From Cenarchaeum sp. (GTDB taxonomy: Archaea > Thermoproteota > Nitrososphaeria > Nitrososphaerales > Nitrosopumilaceae), in contig OZ243037.1 in assembly GCA_965212015.1 (NCBI GenBank), positions 1,056,001-1,120,000 of the forward strand: a stretch of 64,000 nt of DNA, written 5' to 3'. Each line of letters starts with the position of its first letter. Within the stretch, counting starts at the first letter, position 1. The notes beneath the pieces are model-generated. The model did not search any database, was not told where the DNA came from, and saw only the letters and a program-made list of their open reading frames with translations. Below are positions 43,045 through 52,736 of this stretch, piece after piece. Position numbers and translations under genes: made by a program.

Positions 43045-43755
43045 TTATTTTCTATCTAATAACATTTTTTTGATATATTCGGAAACATGCATCTTGTGTT
43101 TATCAGCATTTTTTAAAATATTATCATAATTCCGAGTTTCTTTATCTTGCCACATTATATCTGCACGTCGCATATTCATCATGGCGACATGTTCATATTT
43201 TTTTGGACAACTCCAATAGCATTTACGACAAGTAGATTGTATTTTTAATTTATAATTGTCACAGTTTTGACAGCTCCATCCTTTTGCTCTGTTACATGAT
43301 GCACATAATAACATAAAATTTTTAGGATCTCTATCTATTTGATCACCTAAAATTATAAATGGAATTCGATGATCAATTTGTAAATAACGATCAGTTAATT
43401 TAACATTACATATGGCACATATACATAATGTAGATATTTTTTGTTTGAAATTTTTTGGAAATGGCACACGCCCTCCTCGCGCACGAATTTTTTTTATTGT
43501 GGTTAGAGTATATCGTGCATGTTTTGATGAACCATAAATCATTTGTGAATCTATTGGAATTCCACAGTCTTTTAAATCTCTAATTGCACGAGGCGAATGC
43601 TTATACTTATATACATCACTTAAAATTTTAGTTGTTACATAGCCATATTTTAATATATATTTTAAAGCAGTTTCTGCACGTTTTGATAACTTTTTTACAT
43701 TATATTTTTTTAATAATTTTTGAAATTTTTGATCAACTTTCTTGTCTTGTTTCAT
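43045..43755 (-). CDS. HNH endonuclease, probable type II restriction enzyme
   Basis: CAIC...QIDHRIP...LCASCNRAK plus extra Cys pairs; immediately downstream of the MTase. Confidence 0.8.
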   Translation of the reverse strand: MKQDKKVDQKFQKLLKKYNVKKLSKRAETALKYILKYGYVTTKILSDVYKYKHSPRAIRDLKDCGIPIDSQMIYGSSKHARYTLTTIKKIRARGGRVPFPKNFKQKISTLCICAICNVKLTDRYLQIDHRIPFIILGDQIDRDPKNFMLLCASCNRAKGWSCQNCDNYKLKIQSTCRKCYWSCPKKYEHVAMMNMRRADIMWQDKETRNYDNILKNADKHKMHVSEYIKKMLLDRK

Positions 43756-43762
43756 TTTTATT

Positions 43763-44686
43763 TCATAAATATGGTGATAGATATAATGATTCCATAGTAT
43801 TGATTTTTTTTCCTAACAAGGTAGACTGTGTTGATCTTCCGGCATTTATAATGATTTGCTTAAGTTGTAAATGCTTTGGCATTGTTTTCCCATGAATTTT
43901 TCTTCCAGTTTTTCCATCATAAGATAAAATAAACGGTATTTTTTTTTCATTTAATATCGAAAGTTGTTCACAGAATTCCTCATGAGAGAACATTCCTTTA
44001 TACCTTTTACTTGATCCTCCACATGTTCCTTGATATGGCGGATCCATATAAAGCAGATCGTTTCTAGTACATTCTTCAAAAATTTTTTTATAATCAAAAG
44101 ATGTAAGATGACATTTTTTATGTAATATTTTATGTGCTGTCATTATGCGACGCTTCATTTCATTTGGTTTGGCACCAACTCTTCGATTATCACAAGAATT
44201 ATTGAAATTTCCATCATTATTATAACGTACAGCTGCCTTTACACATCTAGCCAATAAATATAAAAAATCAGCAGGATCATGTTTTTGATTAAATCTATCA
44301 CGAATTTTATTATAAAATTCATGTTCTGAACCAAGTTGTTTGTGCCAAAGTCTTGAATATTTAGACGACAATATTTCGGGATTTTCTAAAATTTCCTTCC
44401 ATAAATCAATTAATGGTGCATTAGAATCATTAACCCATACAGATTTTATTCCCGTGTTCACAAGAGCATGTATGGATATGGCCGCTGATCCTGCAAAAGG
44501 TTCTATTAGATGATTTAATTTATATGGAAAAAAACTCAATATTTCATTAGCGATTTTTCGTTTACTGCCTTGATATGGCATTATTTGCTCAATTAATTGA
44601 AAAGAATACATATCCGATTTTTTTAAATTAATTTTTTTTTGTGTCGAAAGTTGGGTCATTTGAATTTTTTGTGTCGTTACACTCAT
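43763..44686 (-). CDS. Dam/D12-class DNA adenine methyltransferase
   Basis: YQGSKR, EPFAGS, YMDPPY, ILSY. Confidence 0.92.
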   Translation of the reverse strand: MSVTTQKIQMTQLSTQKKINLKKSDMYSFQLIEQIMPYQGSKRKIANEILSFFPYKLNHLIEPFAGSAAISIHALVNTGIKSVWVNDSNAPLIDLWKEILENPEILSSKYSRLWHKQLGSEHEFYNKIRDRFNQKHDPADFLYLLARCVKAAVRYNNDGNFNNSCDNRRVGAKPNEMKRRIMTAHKILHKKCHLTSFDYKKIFEECTRNDLLYMDPPYQGTCGGSSKRYKGMFSHEEFCEQLSILNEKKIPFILSYDGKTGRKIHGKTMPKHLQLKQIIINAGRSTQSTLLGKKINTMESLYLSPYL

Positions 44687-44868
44687 ATTTTAGCATCCCA
44701 TTTTTTAATGATAAGATCTCCATTTTTTTCATTCACACGCCAAATCAACACATCATGAGGACCCAAATCATAATCTCTGACAATCTCTTTCGGGATGGTG
44801 GTCCTAAGCGATTCTGACGTATTGGCTCTGGCCACCTTTGTAAGAAACGGCATTACTGGTTTTGACAT
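44683..44868 (-). CDS. AbrB/MazE/SpoVT-type small DNA-binding protein
   Basis: SLRTTIPKEIVRDYDLGPHDVLIW; divergent from the transposase, 4-bp overlap with the MTase. Confidence 0.75.
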   Translation of the reverse strand: MSKPVMPFLTKVARANTSESLRTTIPKEIVRDYDLGPHDVLIWRVNEKNGDLIIKKWDAKI

Positions 44869-44957
44869 GTCCCTAGTAAAATGCAATGTTATTTAAAGGT
44901 ATTACCTCAAATTGCTATTAGGTAATGTATATATAGGGATTACCTTTTAGGTAATAC

Positions 44958-46142
44958 ATGAAACAAACCAAAAGAAACCAAAAAGGAAAAAAATCACAGC
45001 ATCTACAATCCGGCAGAACAAGCCGCGCAGCACAGGCAAAAAAGATGCAAGAGGACGGCCTGCAGATATCGCAGTTTGCCACGGACAAGTTCCGCGTGCC
45101 GTCCCAGACCACACAGGACAAGTCATACGTGGTGTCTCGGACCGGACACGGCCTGGTCTGCGAATGCCCGGATCACAAGTATACTCATTCAGACTGCAAA
45201 CACATCAAACGAGTCCTACAAGTAGTAAAAAAGAACGGCGGATACGCCAACAATACGTTCAGAATAATGGACAGATCATCATTCTCGCTGTGTCCATACT
45301 GCGATTCCGGCGACATTAAAAAGAACGGCCGCCACACGCTCAAATCCGGCGAAAAAACCCAGAGGTTCAAGTGTAATGATTGCAAGAAAAGATTCCAGGC
45401 CAATTTCGGCTTTGAGGGAATGAAAAACGATCCGAAGATCATCACCCGGGCGCTGCAGATGCAAAACTCAAAGATGAGCTGCCGCAGGATAGCCGACTGT
45501 ATGAGAATGGAGGGCATTGACGTCTCGTATCGCGCCGTATTTGACTGGATTACAAAGTATTCCAAAATGCTGGAAAGATACACGGACGGTATTATTCCGC
45601 GTACTGCAAACAGGTTTTCCATACGGGCAGACGAGATTTTCATAAGGTTTTCTGGAATACCACACTGGATGTATGCAAGTATAGAGGATGATTCCAGGTA
45701 CTGGCTGTCATACGAGGTGGGCAAAAGCAAGTTCCAGCACGATACCGACCGCTTTATCCGGGCCACATATGCCGCCCTGGGAAGATATCCCACCCGCTTT
45801 ACCACCGATGGCCTGCCTTCGTATGGAAAGTCCGCAAGACGGGTACTGGGAAGACACACCCACCACATCAGTGCCATACACATGTCAGGCGACATGAACA
45901 ACAATATGATGGAGAGATTCAACGAGGAGGTAAGGGGAAGAGAAAAAGTCTGCTGGGGCCTCAAGAAACCGGACACCCCGGTACTTGCCCTGTACAAGAC
46001 ATACTATAACTTTGCCAAAAGCCACGGCGGGCTTGACGGCAGGACGCCTGCGGAGGCGGCATCAATACTGGTGGAGGGCAGAAACGTGTGGATGACCCTC
46101 ATACAGAATGCCAGGCTGTTTGAGATGGCGGGGGAAGTGTAA
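44958..46142 (+). CDS. IS6-family DDE transposase with SWIM and zinc-ribbon domains
   Basis: CECPD..CKH SWIM, CPYC..CNDC, ADE, TTDG, NNMMERFN, YYNF..H..L.GRTPAE. Confidence 0.88.
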   Translation: MKQTKRNQKGKKSQHLQSGRTSRAAQAKKMQEDGLQISQFATDKFRVPSQTTQDKSYVVSRTGHGLVCECPDHKYTHSDCKHIKRVLQVVKKNGGYANNTFRIMDRSSFSLCPYCDSGDIKKNGRHTLKSGEKTQRFKCNDCKKRFQANFGFEGMKNDPKIITRALQMQNSKMSCRRIADCMRMEGIDVSYRAVFDWITKYSKMLERYTDGIIPRTANRFSIRADEIFIRFSGIPHWMYASIEDDSRYWLSYEVGKSKFQHDTDRFIRATYAALGRYPTRFTTDGLPSYGKSARRVLGRHTHHISAIHMSGDMNNNMMERFNEEVRGREKVCWGLKKPDTPVLALYKTYYNFAKSHGGLDGRTPAEAASILVEGRNVWMTLIQNARLFEMAGEV

Positions 46143-46732
46143 TGTATCCGCACGAAAAACTGTTTGCATCCGGAATGGATCTTGTAGTGCAGTTAAAATT
46201 CGCCGAGGCCATACCAAAATTTGAGGCCGTTCTGGAGACACACCCCGACTATCACATGGCACGCTCAAACATGGGACTTTGCATTGCACGACTGGAAAAA
46301 TTTGACGAGGCACTGGAATGCTTTGACCATATACTGAAAAAAGATCCAAAATTTTCCATGGCATATGGCCACAAGATACTTGTCCTGGATGATATGGGCA
46401 GGAAGGAAGAGGCCGACAGATTGTATGACAAACTATACGAGATGGATTCGGAACACCCGTTTTGTCTGCGTAATGAGGGTTTAATTGCGCTAAAGGAAGG
46501 CCGTGAAAAAGATGCGGATAAGCTCTTTTCCAAGCTTCTTGACAAAGCCCCAGAATGGCAGGAAGACGTCAAAAGTTACATAGACGAATACGTGGGGGAA
46601 AGCGTGCATGCAGCCGGCAAGTGCAGGTTTTGCAGGAAGGAAAAACCCGTAAAGACTTACCAGATGAGATACGGCCAGGTAAAATACTGCGACAAATGTG
46701 TTCGGATACTGGGGCTGACTGGAACGGTGTGA
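46142..46732 (+). CDS. TPR protein with C-terminal zinc ribbon
   Basis: TPR-like repeats followed by CRFC...CDKC; coupled to the transposase stop. Confidence 0.8.
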   Translation: MYPHEKLFASGMDLVVQLKFAEAIPKFEAVLETHPDYHMARSNMGLCIARLEKFDEALECFDHILKKDPKFSMAYGHKILVLDDMGRKEEADRLYDKLYEMDSEHPFCLRNEGLIALKEGREKDADKLFSKLLDKAPEWQEDVKSYIDEYVGESVHAAGKCRFCRKEKPVKTYQMRYGQVKYCDKCVRILGLTGTV

Positions 46733-46902
46733 CCGGGCCGGCGTACGCCGATTCTATCAATCTATTCGATTTTTTAATTTTTAGAACAGGTTTGGATTAT
46801 ACCAGATGATCTATTCTGATGAAATCTACAAAGTCGTGTCGGGCAATCGGGAGAAGATCAGTATATAAAGCACCCACCAACTTCACAGCACCCTATAGCC
46901 GT

Positions 46903-47460
46903 GGCGTTGTCCACTAATTCCTCCCAAAATACGGCGTAATGCTTATAGATCATGAGAATACGGTACCGAAACAGCTATTGATCACGACATATCAGCCCAT
47001 TCAATGACAAATGAAACACCTACACCATACGTCAGGCCCACCGGGTATTCCAGGCAGTATGACCGGAAGCGAAAAAGGGACGGAAAAAAGGCGGCAAGAC
47101 GACTCAACACATTACTATACATAATCAACCGAGTCGTCAAGCCCCGCAAACGAGGACGGCACGATTTTCATCCTGCCGGCATCGTATTCTGTCTGATTCT
47201 CAAGGAAAAGCACAACCTCTCCTTTCGGCAAGTCGTGGCATATCTTGAAAACCATCCGGATATGTTACGTCTTGCCGGATTAAAAAAGGTACCTTCAAAA
47301 TCGACGCTTTGTGCGGCCGCACTGAGGCTGGATAGGACAAAACTGGACAGGATAATGCACCAGCAGTCGCGAAACTACAAAAAGCAGACACTGCTCGGGG
47401 ATGCAACCGGAATCTCTATGAGGACGTTCCAGGACTGGGATGATGCAAAAAGAGGCATCT
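46903..47460 (+). pseudogene. truncated IS5-family transposase
   Basis: Putative end GGCGTTGTCCACTAA; LSFRQ, VPSKSTL, GDATG then loss of homology. Confidence 0.7.
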
Positions 47461-47603
47461 GGGATTGCGATTTTATCCTCTTCACACCCAAATTTTTTCG
47501 AGAGGTAATCTGTTTGTTTGCATTTTTTGCTCCATGGCGGATACCATTTGAACTTCGTTTTCTAGGCACATATGGTTATGCGTTTGGCTATAGATCATGA
47601 ATT

Positions 47604-49658
47604 TTACGTTGAGATCATATCATTTATTTTATTGAAAAGTGTTTCAAAATTTTGGATTAATTCATTTGGTAATAAATTAATATTTGTTTCACTAAATTGT
47701 TTTAAAATTGCACGATTTGGTCTGTTTTTATGAAAATCTCCTAAATTATTTTTTAAGAAAAAATCTTCAATTCGATTTACAATCATCGGTTTCTGAGAAT
47801 CAAGAATAATTTGTGTTATTCTTTCTTTTTGTAATTCATTTTTATAAGTAGATTGAACAAATTGTAAGTAATAATCTTCAGGGAACATATCTTCAATAGA
47901 CATATTTTTTGTTTTATCAAAAATTTCATTTATCATAAAAATTTTTTTATTTTTTACAATTTTTTTCTTTACAATTAATCCATAAGCTTTTTTTCCTTCT
48001 TGATCCGCATCCAATAGAATAGCTACATCTAAATTTTGTGATTTATACATACTAGCAAATAGAATTGATCTCATTGCACCACCGACAGGGACAAATACAA
48101 AATTATCTTTTAAATGTATTTTTCCTGCAGATTCTAATAAACTTGATGCACTACTCAAAAGCCAAAAATCTGTGATGCCTTCGACGATCAAATTATTTTT
48201 GCCAATAAACAGAGATTGCGCCATATTATAATGAAGTGCAGATTGTAATGGAAATAAAGCATCACGATCACTATCCCAAACATCATTTGATATATTAGAT
48301 AATTTTTGTATTCCATTTTCTAATTTTGATTCTTTTAGAGTTACCGTGTGAATAGAATCCGGTTTTTTCATATCCACCATAAAAGGAGAATGTGTTGTGT
48401 ATAAAATCTGATTTTTTTCAGCAAGTGTAGGCAATACATTTTTGAGAAAATCTTCTTGACCTACAGCATGTAAAAATAATGCTGGTTCGTCAAGTAATAA
48501 TATTGCATTTTTATGTTTTTGTTCAGATTCAACATTAAATACAACATAAAAAGAAAAATACCATTGATATCCTCTGCTTCGTTCTTCAAGTTGTAATTTT
48601 GTTTTATCTTTTTTATTAATTACCCAAACACGAAGATTATCTCCCTGTACTGAAAATTCAATATCATGGTCATTTTGTGTCCATATACTATTAATTTCTT
48701 CAGAAACTTTTTTTGATGCATAACTCAAAATCAAATCCAATCTATCTTTATTTTTTTGTACTTGATTATGATCATCTCCGTCTTTACTTAATTCTACTAA
48801 TTCATGTGCATTTAAACTTCCAAGATCTAATAATGTCTTTGCAGTTTTTTCATCCTCATCTAAATCATTATTGTTTATTTTATTTATAAAATTTGATAAA
48901 CGAATTCTACTGTCAATAATTCCAATATTTTCAAAATAAATAAATCTTGGTAATTGTTTTATAAGAAAATTTTTAATTTCTTCAGATGAATCTTCTGTTA
49001 TTTCAGAATTGATTCGATCTAAAAATTGTTGTATGGTGTTTTTATCCAACACTTTATCTGGAATCGTACCAAGTTGATTTTTTAAATTCTTTATATTTTG
49101 CTGTATTTGTTCAAGAATGTGTGGTTGTCTTATATTTAATTCATTTTCAATTCCTTGCGTGATTTTGTTAAATATATCCATTATCGTAGTTTTTAATGCT
49201 TTTCCATTATCGAATGTTTCAGGATCAATAGTGTTAAGGAGTTCGAATATGGATTTCAAATAATTTTTATAAAATACATCAAAATGGATTGCTTCTTGAT
49301 CATAATCTAAATGACATATTAATTTCATGTTTTTCTTTTTACTAAATTTAATTTCATTTAATAATAATTGTTCATTGCTAATTTCATTCACATGTTGTTT
49401 TTCATTATCATCTAATTTGAAAGTAGCAGTAACAAAGATTTCATTTGGATCGAAATGCCCGAAATGCCAGATTGGATTTTCAGTCAGATCATCAAAATCG
49501 GTATCTTCGACGTGATTAATTTTCTTTAAAGCTCGAAGCAAATTTGTTTTTCCACTTTCGTTTATTCCTACAAATGTCGTAATATTCTCATCGATTTTAA
49601 TCTCACCCGAATCTTCGATGGATCGATATTTTTTAACACGAAAACTAGTAAGGCGCAT
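47604..49658 (-). CDS. OLD-family ATP-dependent nuclease (ABC ATPase + TOPRIM)
   Basis: GINESGKT, RSRG, LLLDEPALFLH, TTHSPF, VEGITD, LDAD; very AT-rich. Confidence 0.88.
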   Translation of the reverse strand: MRLTSFRVKKYRSIEDSGEIKIDENITTFVGINESGKTNLLRALKKINHVEDTDFDDLTENPIWHFGHFDPNEIFVTATFKLDDNEKQHVNEISNEQLLLNEIKFSKKKNMKLICHLDYDQEAIHFDVFYKNYLKSIFELLNTIDPETFDNGKALKTTIMDIFNKITQGIENELNIRQPHILEQIQQNIKNLKNQLGTIPDKVLDKNTIQQFLDRINSEITEDSSEEIKNFLIKQLPRFIYFENIGIIDSRIRLSNFINKINNNDLDEDEKTAKTLLDLGSLNAHELVELSKDGDDHNQVQKNKDRLDLILSYASKKVSEEINSIWTQNDHDIEFSVQGDNLRVWVINKKDKTKLQLEERSRGYQWYFSFYVVFNVESEQKHKNAILLLDEPALFLHAVGQEDFLKNVLPTLAEKNQILYTTHSPFMVDMKKPDSIHTVTLKESKLENGIQKLSNISNDVWDSDRDALFPLQSALHYNMAQSLFIGKNNLIVEGITDFWLLSSASSLLESAGKIHLKDNFVFVPVGGAMRSILFASMYKSQNLDVAILLDADQEGKKAYGLIVKKKIVKNKKIFMINEIFDKTKNMSIEDMFPEDYYLQFVQSTYKNELQKERITQIILDSQKPMIVNRIEDFFLKNNLGDFHKNRPNRAILKQFSETNINLLPNELIQNFETLFNKINDMIST

Positions 49659-49703
49659 ATCCTTTCATTTACATATGATCTTTATATGAATTTTGATGTT
49701 AAT

Positions 49704-49736
49704 GCTGCTGTGAAATTGACATTGCTTTATATACTG
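49704..49736 (+). repeat. orphan diverged copy of the IS6-type terminal repeat
   Basis: GCTGCTGTGAAATTGACATTGCTTTATATACTG versus GGTGCTGTGAAGTTGGTGGGTGCTTTATATACTG. Confidence 0.6.
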
Positions 49737-50029
49737 CAAATTTCTTCTATTCATGCCACTTTGATCCTTGCATGACTCTCAAAGATGGCCAAATCAGCCA
49801 CAAACACTCAAAATCACGCCTCAAAAACCACCGTTCCGAGTCTTCGAGTCATCCAATGACCGCTGGAAGCCATCCTTCAGGCCCCAAAACAACCCAAAAA
49901 CGACCTTTCCTAGCCACATTTCACGCCCAAACACACCCTACATCATACCCTACAACTAACGTTAGTCCTCTAAAAAAAATAAAAAAAGGGGAAATGTGTT
50001 GTTTCTAGTCTATACTACGTTGATGTCTA

Positions 50030-51150
50030 TTACGGCTTTGGGTGACAGTGCAGTCGGGTTGGATACTGATTCCCAGGCGAATCGTATGCTCCAGGTGTGT
50101 CAGGTATCCATGACTGTGCTGCGTTTTGTGAACCGCCAGCTGGCATTACGCCTCCGGACCAATCAAGTTTGATGATCACTCCGTTGGCATCTTCGATCTG
50201 TACCAAATATGCATAGTCCTGCTCCTTGTCCTGTCCGCTGACCAGGTCCGCCTCAAAGTGCACCCGTGTATCCACGGATATGCAGTTCCTTGGCCGTCGA
50301 CTACTCGCGGATCAGTGATTACCAGGCGCTCAAGAGGCGGTACTATTGTACCGATGAACGTTGTTCCCGTAATCTGTATCACATCCGATGGTGAGTAATT
50401 CCTGTCAGGCAGGTCTGGGAGAGTATTGTCGTCATATTCAGCCTTTACCGTGTCGCCTTCAGCTACTCTGAGCCTGTGGCCAGATGAGTCCTCGGTTAGC
50501 GAGAATGTCACCGTGCCCTCAAATATACCAGTTGCCTGGTTGGTCTCAGTTACAGTGAGGTCAATGCCTCCGCTGTCGCTGTCAGAGCGAACGTCAATGT
50601 CGTTGTCTACCGATTCTGGCCTCCAGTTCATGTCCGGATCAATCACGCGTACGGTGCCTGTTGATGATGCAGCATAGCTAGCTTCTAGCCAGCTTACCTC
50701 ACCTAGGTTCCATCTGATCAATGAAGAGCCGATTACGGTCTCATCCTCTGAGAACTCAAAGGATACCGTTACACCGTCATCTTCAGTGGCAGCCAAGAGA
50801 CCGTCAGTCGGGCCTATATCGTCAGACTCATAGTCTGCCGGTATGGCAAATCCAACGTCCTGTCCCAGGTTGTTGCCCGTAGTCGTGTCGCCGTCAGCGT
50901 CATGAGGGAAACCGACGAGTATTACCTCTCCGGTAAATAGGCCTGTATCGACACCCGTCTCAGTCAGCCTGTATTGGTCAAGATCTCCCTCACCAGTGTT
51001 TACCCTTACCACGTCCTCTCTAGTTTCTCCGATTTCGTCAATCAGATCGCTGTCAAAGTTGTGGTCAGGTGCAAGTATGGTGACATACACCTTGTCAGTC
51101 CAGGTATACACCTTTTGATCGAGCTCTATCGTGGCGCCAAAGTTGGATGT
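50030..51150 (-). pseudogene. C-terminal fragment of thaumarchaeal S-layer-type surface protein, frameshifted
   Basis: ELDQKVYTWTDKVYVTILAPDHN, repeated ETxxxTGxFxG, AYLVQIEDANG...SWIP; frameshift near 50280; no N-terminus. Confidence 0.7.
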
Positions 51151-51252
51151 GAACCTAAGGGCTCGAATATATGCCGAAAATAGAAATTTTGGTAACCGTG
51201 ATGTTTTGCGCGCATCGGCCATGTTAAATATGTGGAATGATATCGGGATATC

Positions 51253-51414
51253 ATGAACAAAGACAAAAAGGCCAAAGAGAAAGGCGACGATCCGGCAGAT
51301 CTCTTGGATATCAAACTGGGAAAACACAAAGAATCTGCTGCCAAGGACATAAAGAAAGAATCTGATGATGCCGAGCAATCCACAGCGGAAGCGGCCAACA
51401 GGCAGACAGGCTAG
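51253..51414 (+). CDS. 53-aa charged hypothetical protein
   Basis: Translated by hand (MNKDKKAKEKGDDPADLLDIKLGK...); TATA-like TTAAATA upstream. Confidence 0.4.
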   Translation: MNKDKKAKEKGDDPADLLDIKLGKHKESAAKDIKKESDDAEQSTAEAANRQTG

Positions 51415-51616
51415 TGCGTAATTCCGGGCATTTAAACTGCCTTGTATGATTCCGCGCGGACTCTGACAGCCTGGAATTGCCTCCTTCACGCACTGCAAAA
51501 AAGGACGAACGCTAAATCCTGATGCCCCGTATGTAGACTCTGCGCGAATCGGACTTTGGGTAACAATATGGCAGATCATCACAAAGACTTGAATATGGCC
51601 GGCCCGTAATTACCGC

Positions 51617-51928
51617 ATGGATTTCAGGCGGTTCTGGAGTGAAATCACAATAGAGCTAAGAGATAAAAAAGAGTTCAAAACCCTGGATCGCGCATATGCA
51701 TTCGATGCCGTGGCCGGTACATCCGATACGATAACTGCCACGCCGAGCTCGACTGGCATATCCAGGGAAATCCCAAAGGAACAGTTTCAAGACATGTGGG
51801 ATATTATGAAAAACGACATTTACAGCGAGCGATACAAGAGCACCAACGGCAGGTATTCCCCGTTTTGGAGCCGGGTGTACGTCTCTGCACTGATTGACCA
51901 TGCGGTAAAGAACCAAAACATGGAATAA
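51617..51928 (+). CDS. hypothetical protein, paralog of 61304-61615
   Basis: Same length (103 aa), about 60 of 103 residues identical by hand count. Confidence 0.75.
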   Translation: MDFRRFWSEITIELRDKKEFKTLDRAYAFDAVAGTSDTITATPSSTGISREIPKEQFQDMWDIMKNDIYSERYKSTNGRYSPFWSRVYVSALIDHAVKNQNME

Positions 51929-52736
51929 TCCCGGCAATCAGGATGAGCCTTTCCTCCTGACTTGCGATATCTTTGCGTGTTTTTTAGAATCTTCCATACA
52001 GTTTAGCTCTGGTCTGTCCGGTATTCCCCGCGATGTGGCCACATTTTGTAGGCCTTCCCTCACCACAGCTGTGGCCATCACTACCACGGAAGGAATAATG
52101 CCGTTGTTAAAAACCCGCAGTGATTCGCGAGTTTGCCGAGCCCACACATACTAGTAATTGGGCCACTGGTCATGTGGGTTGTAGCCGGCCAAAGCCGGCC
52201 CGATGGTGTGGGGATACGTGGCTCCCGCCGGGGAGCCATGGGAAAAAGACGTTGAGCTGAATGGATCTGCGTATGCGATCCGTCCCCGGCGCAGGCCATG
52301 CACACGGGGCGGTGCCGCGTGGCCCTGCATGCGTTTAATCCGGGCATATCTGACGTCTCTCGAATCTATGCCAGTCCCGCCATACAAGCACAGAACGTAC
52401 AGGATTGCACCTTCTAGGCCCCGCCGGACCGGCGCAGGCAGACTTTGTAAAATCAGGAACTTTCAAGTACTCGGGGCCGTATCCGTGGCCTGTAGTCATT
52501 TCCGTGTCTGCTCCTTCCGGGTCATGCAATCAGGATCGGCTGATCGCCGCCGATCATTGCCAAAAAAAGAATAGTCACGCCCAGTGGGCACGGGTCGGTA
52601 ATTGGCATAACGGCAGAAAGCGATCGGAACGCTTACAATATTCCTGCCATTTTTTTTAAAATTCGTCCAAGATAAATACATTTTAGGGGATATTTGGAGT
52701 CATATGCGATCAATAGATTGATTTAATAATATTCTA

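Larger units (their letters stand above)
41278..46892 (+). mobile_element. IS6-family cargo transposon (5615 bp)
   Basis: 36-bp perfect IRs GGTGCTGTGAAGTTGGTGGGTGCTTTATATACTGAT; 9-bp direct repeat CTATAGCCG at 41269-41277 and 46893-46901. Confidence 0.9.

Noticed and set aside
47604-49658. Gabija system
   Set aside because: No UvrD-like GajB gene is adjacent.
51938-52680. Several short overlapping ORFs and a GGCTCCC-GCC-GGGAGCC hairpin
   Set aside because: No motifs; probably decayed sequence that I cannot assign.
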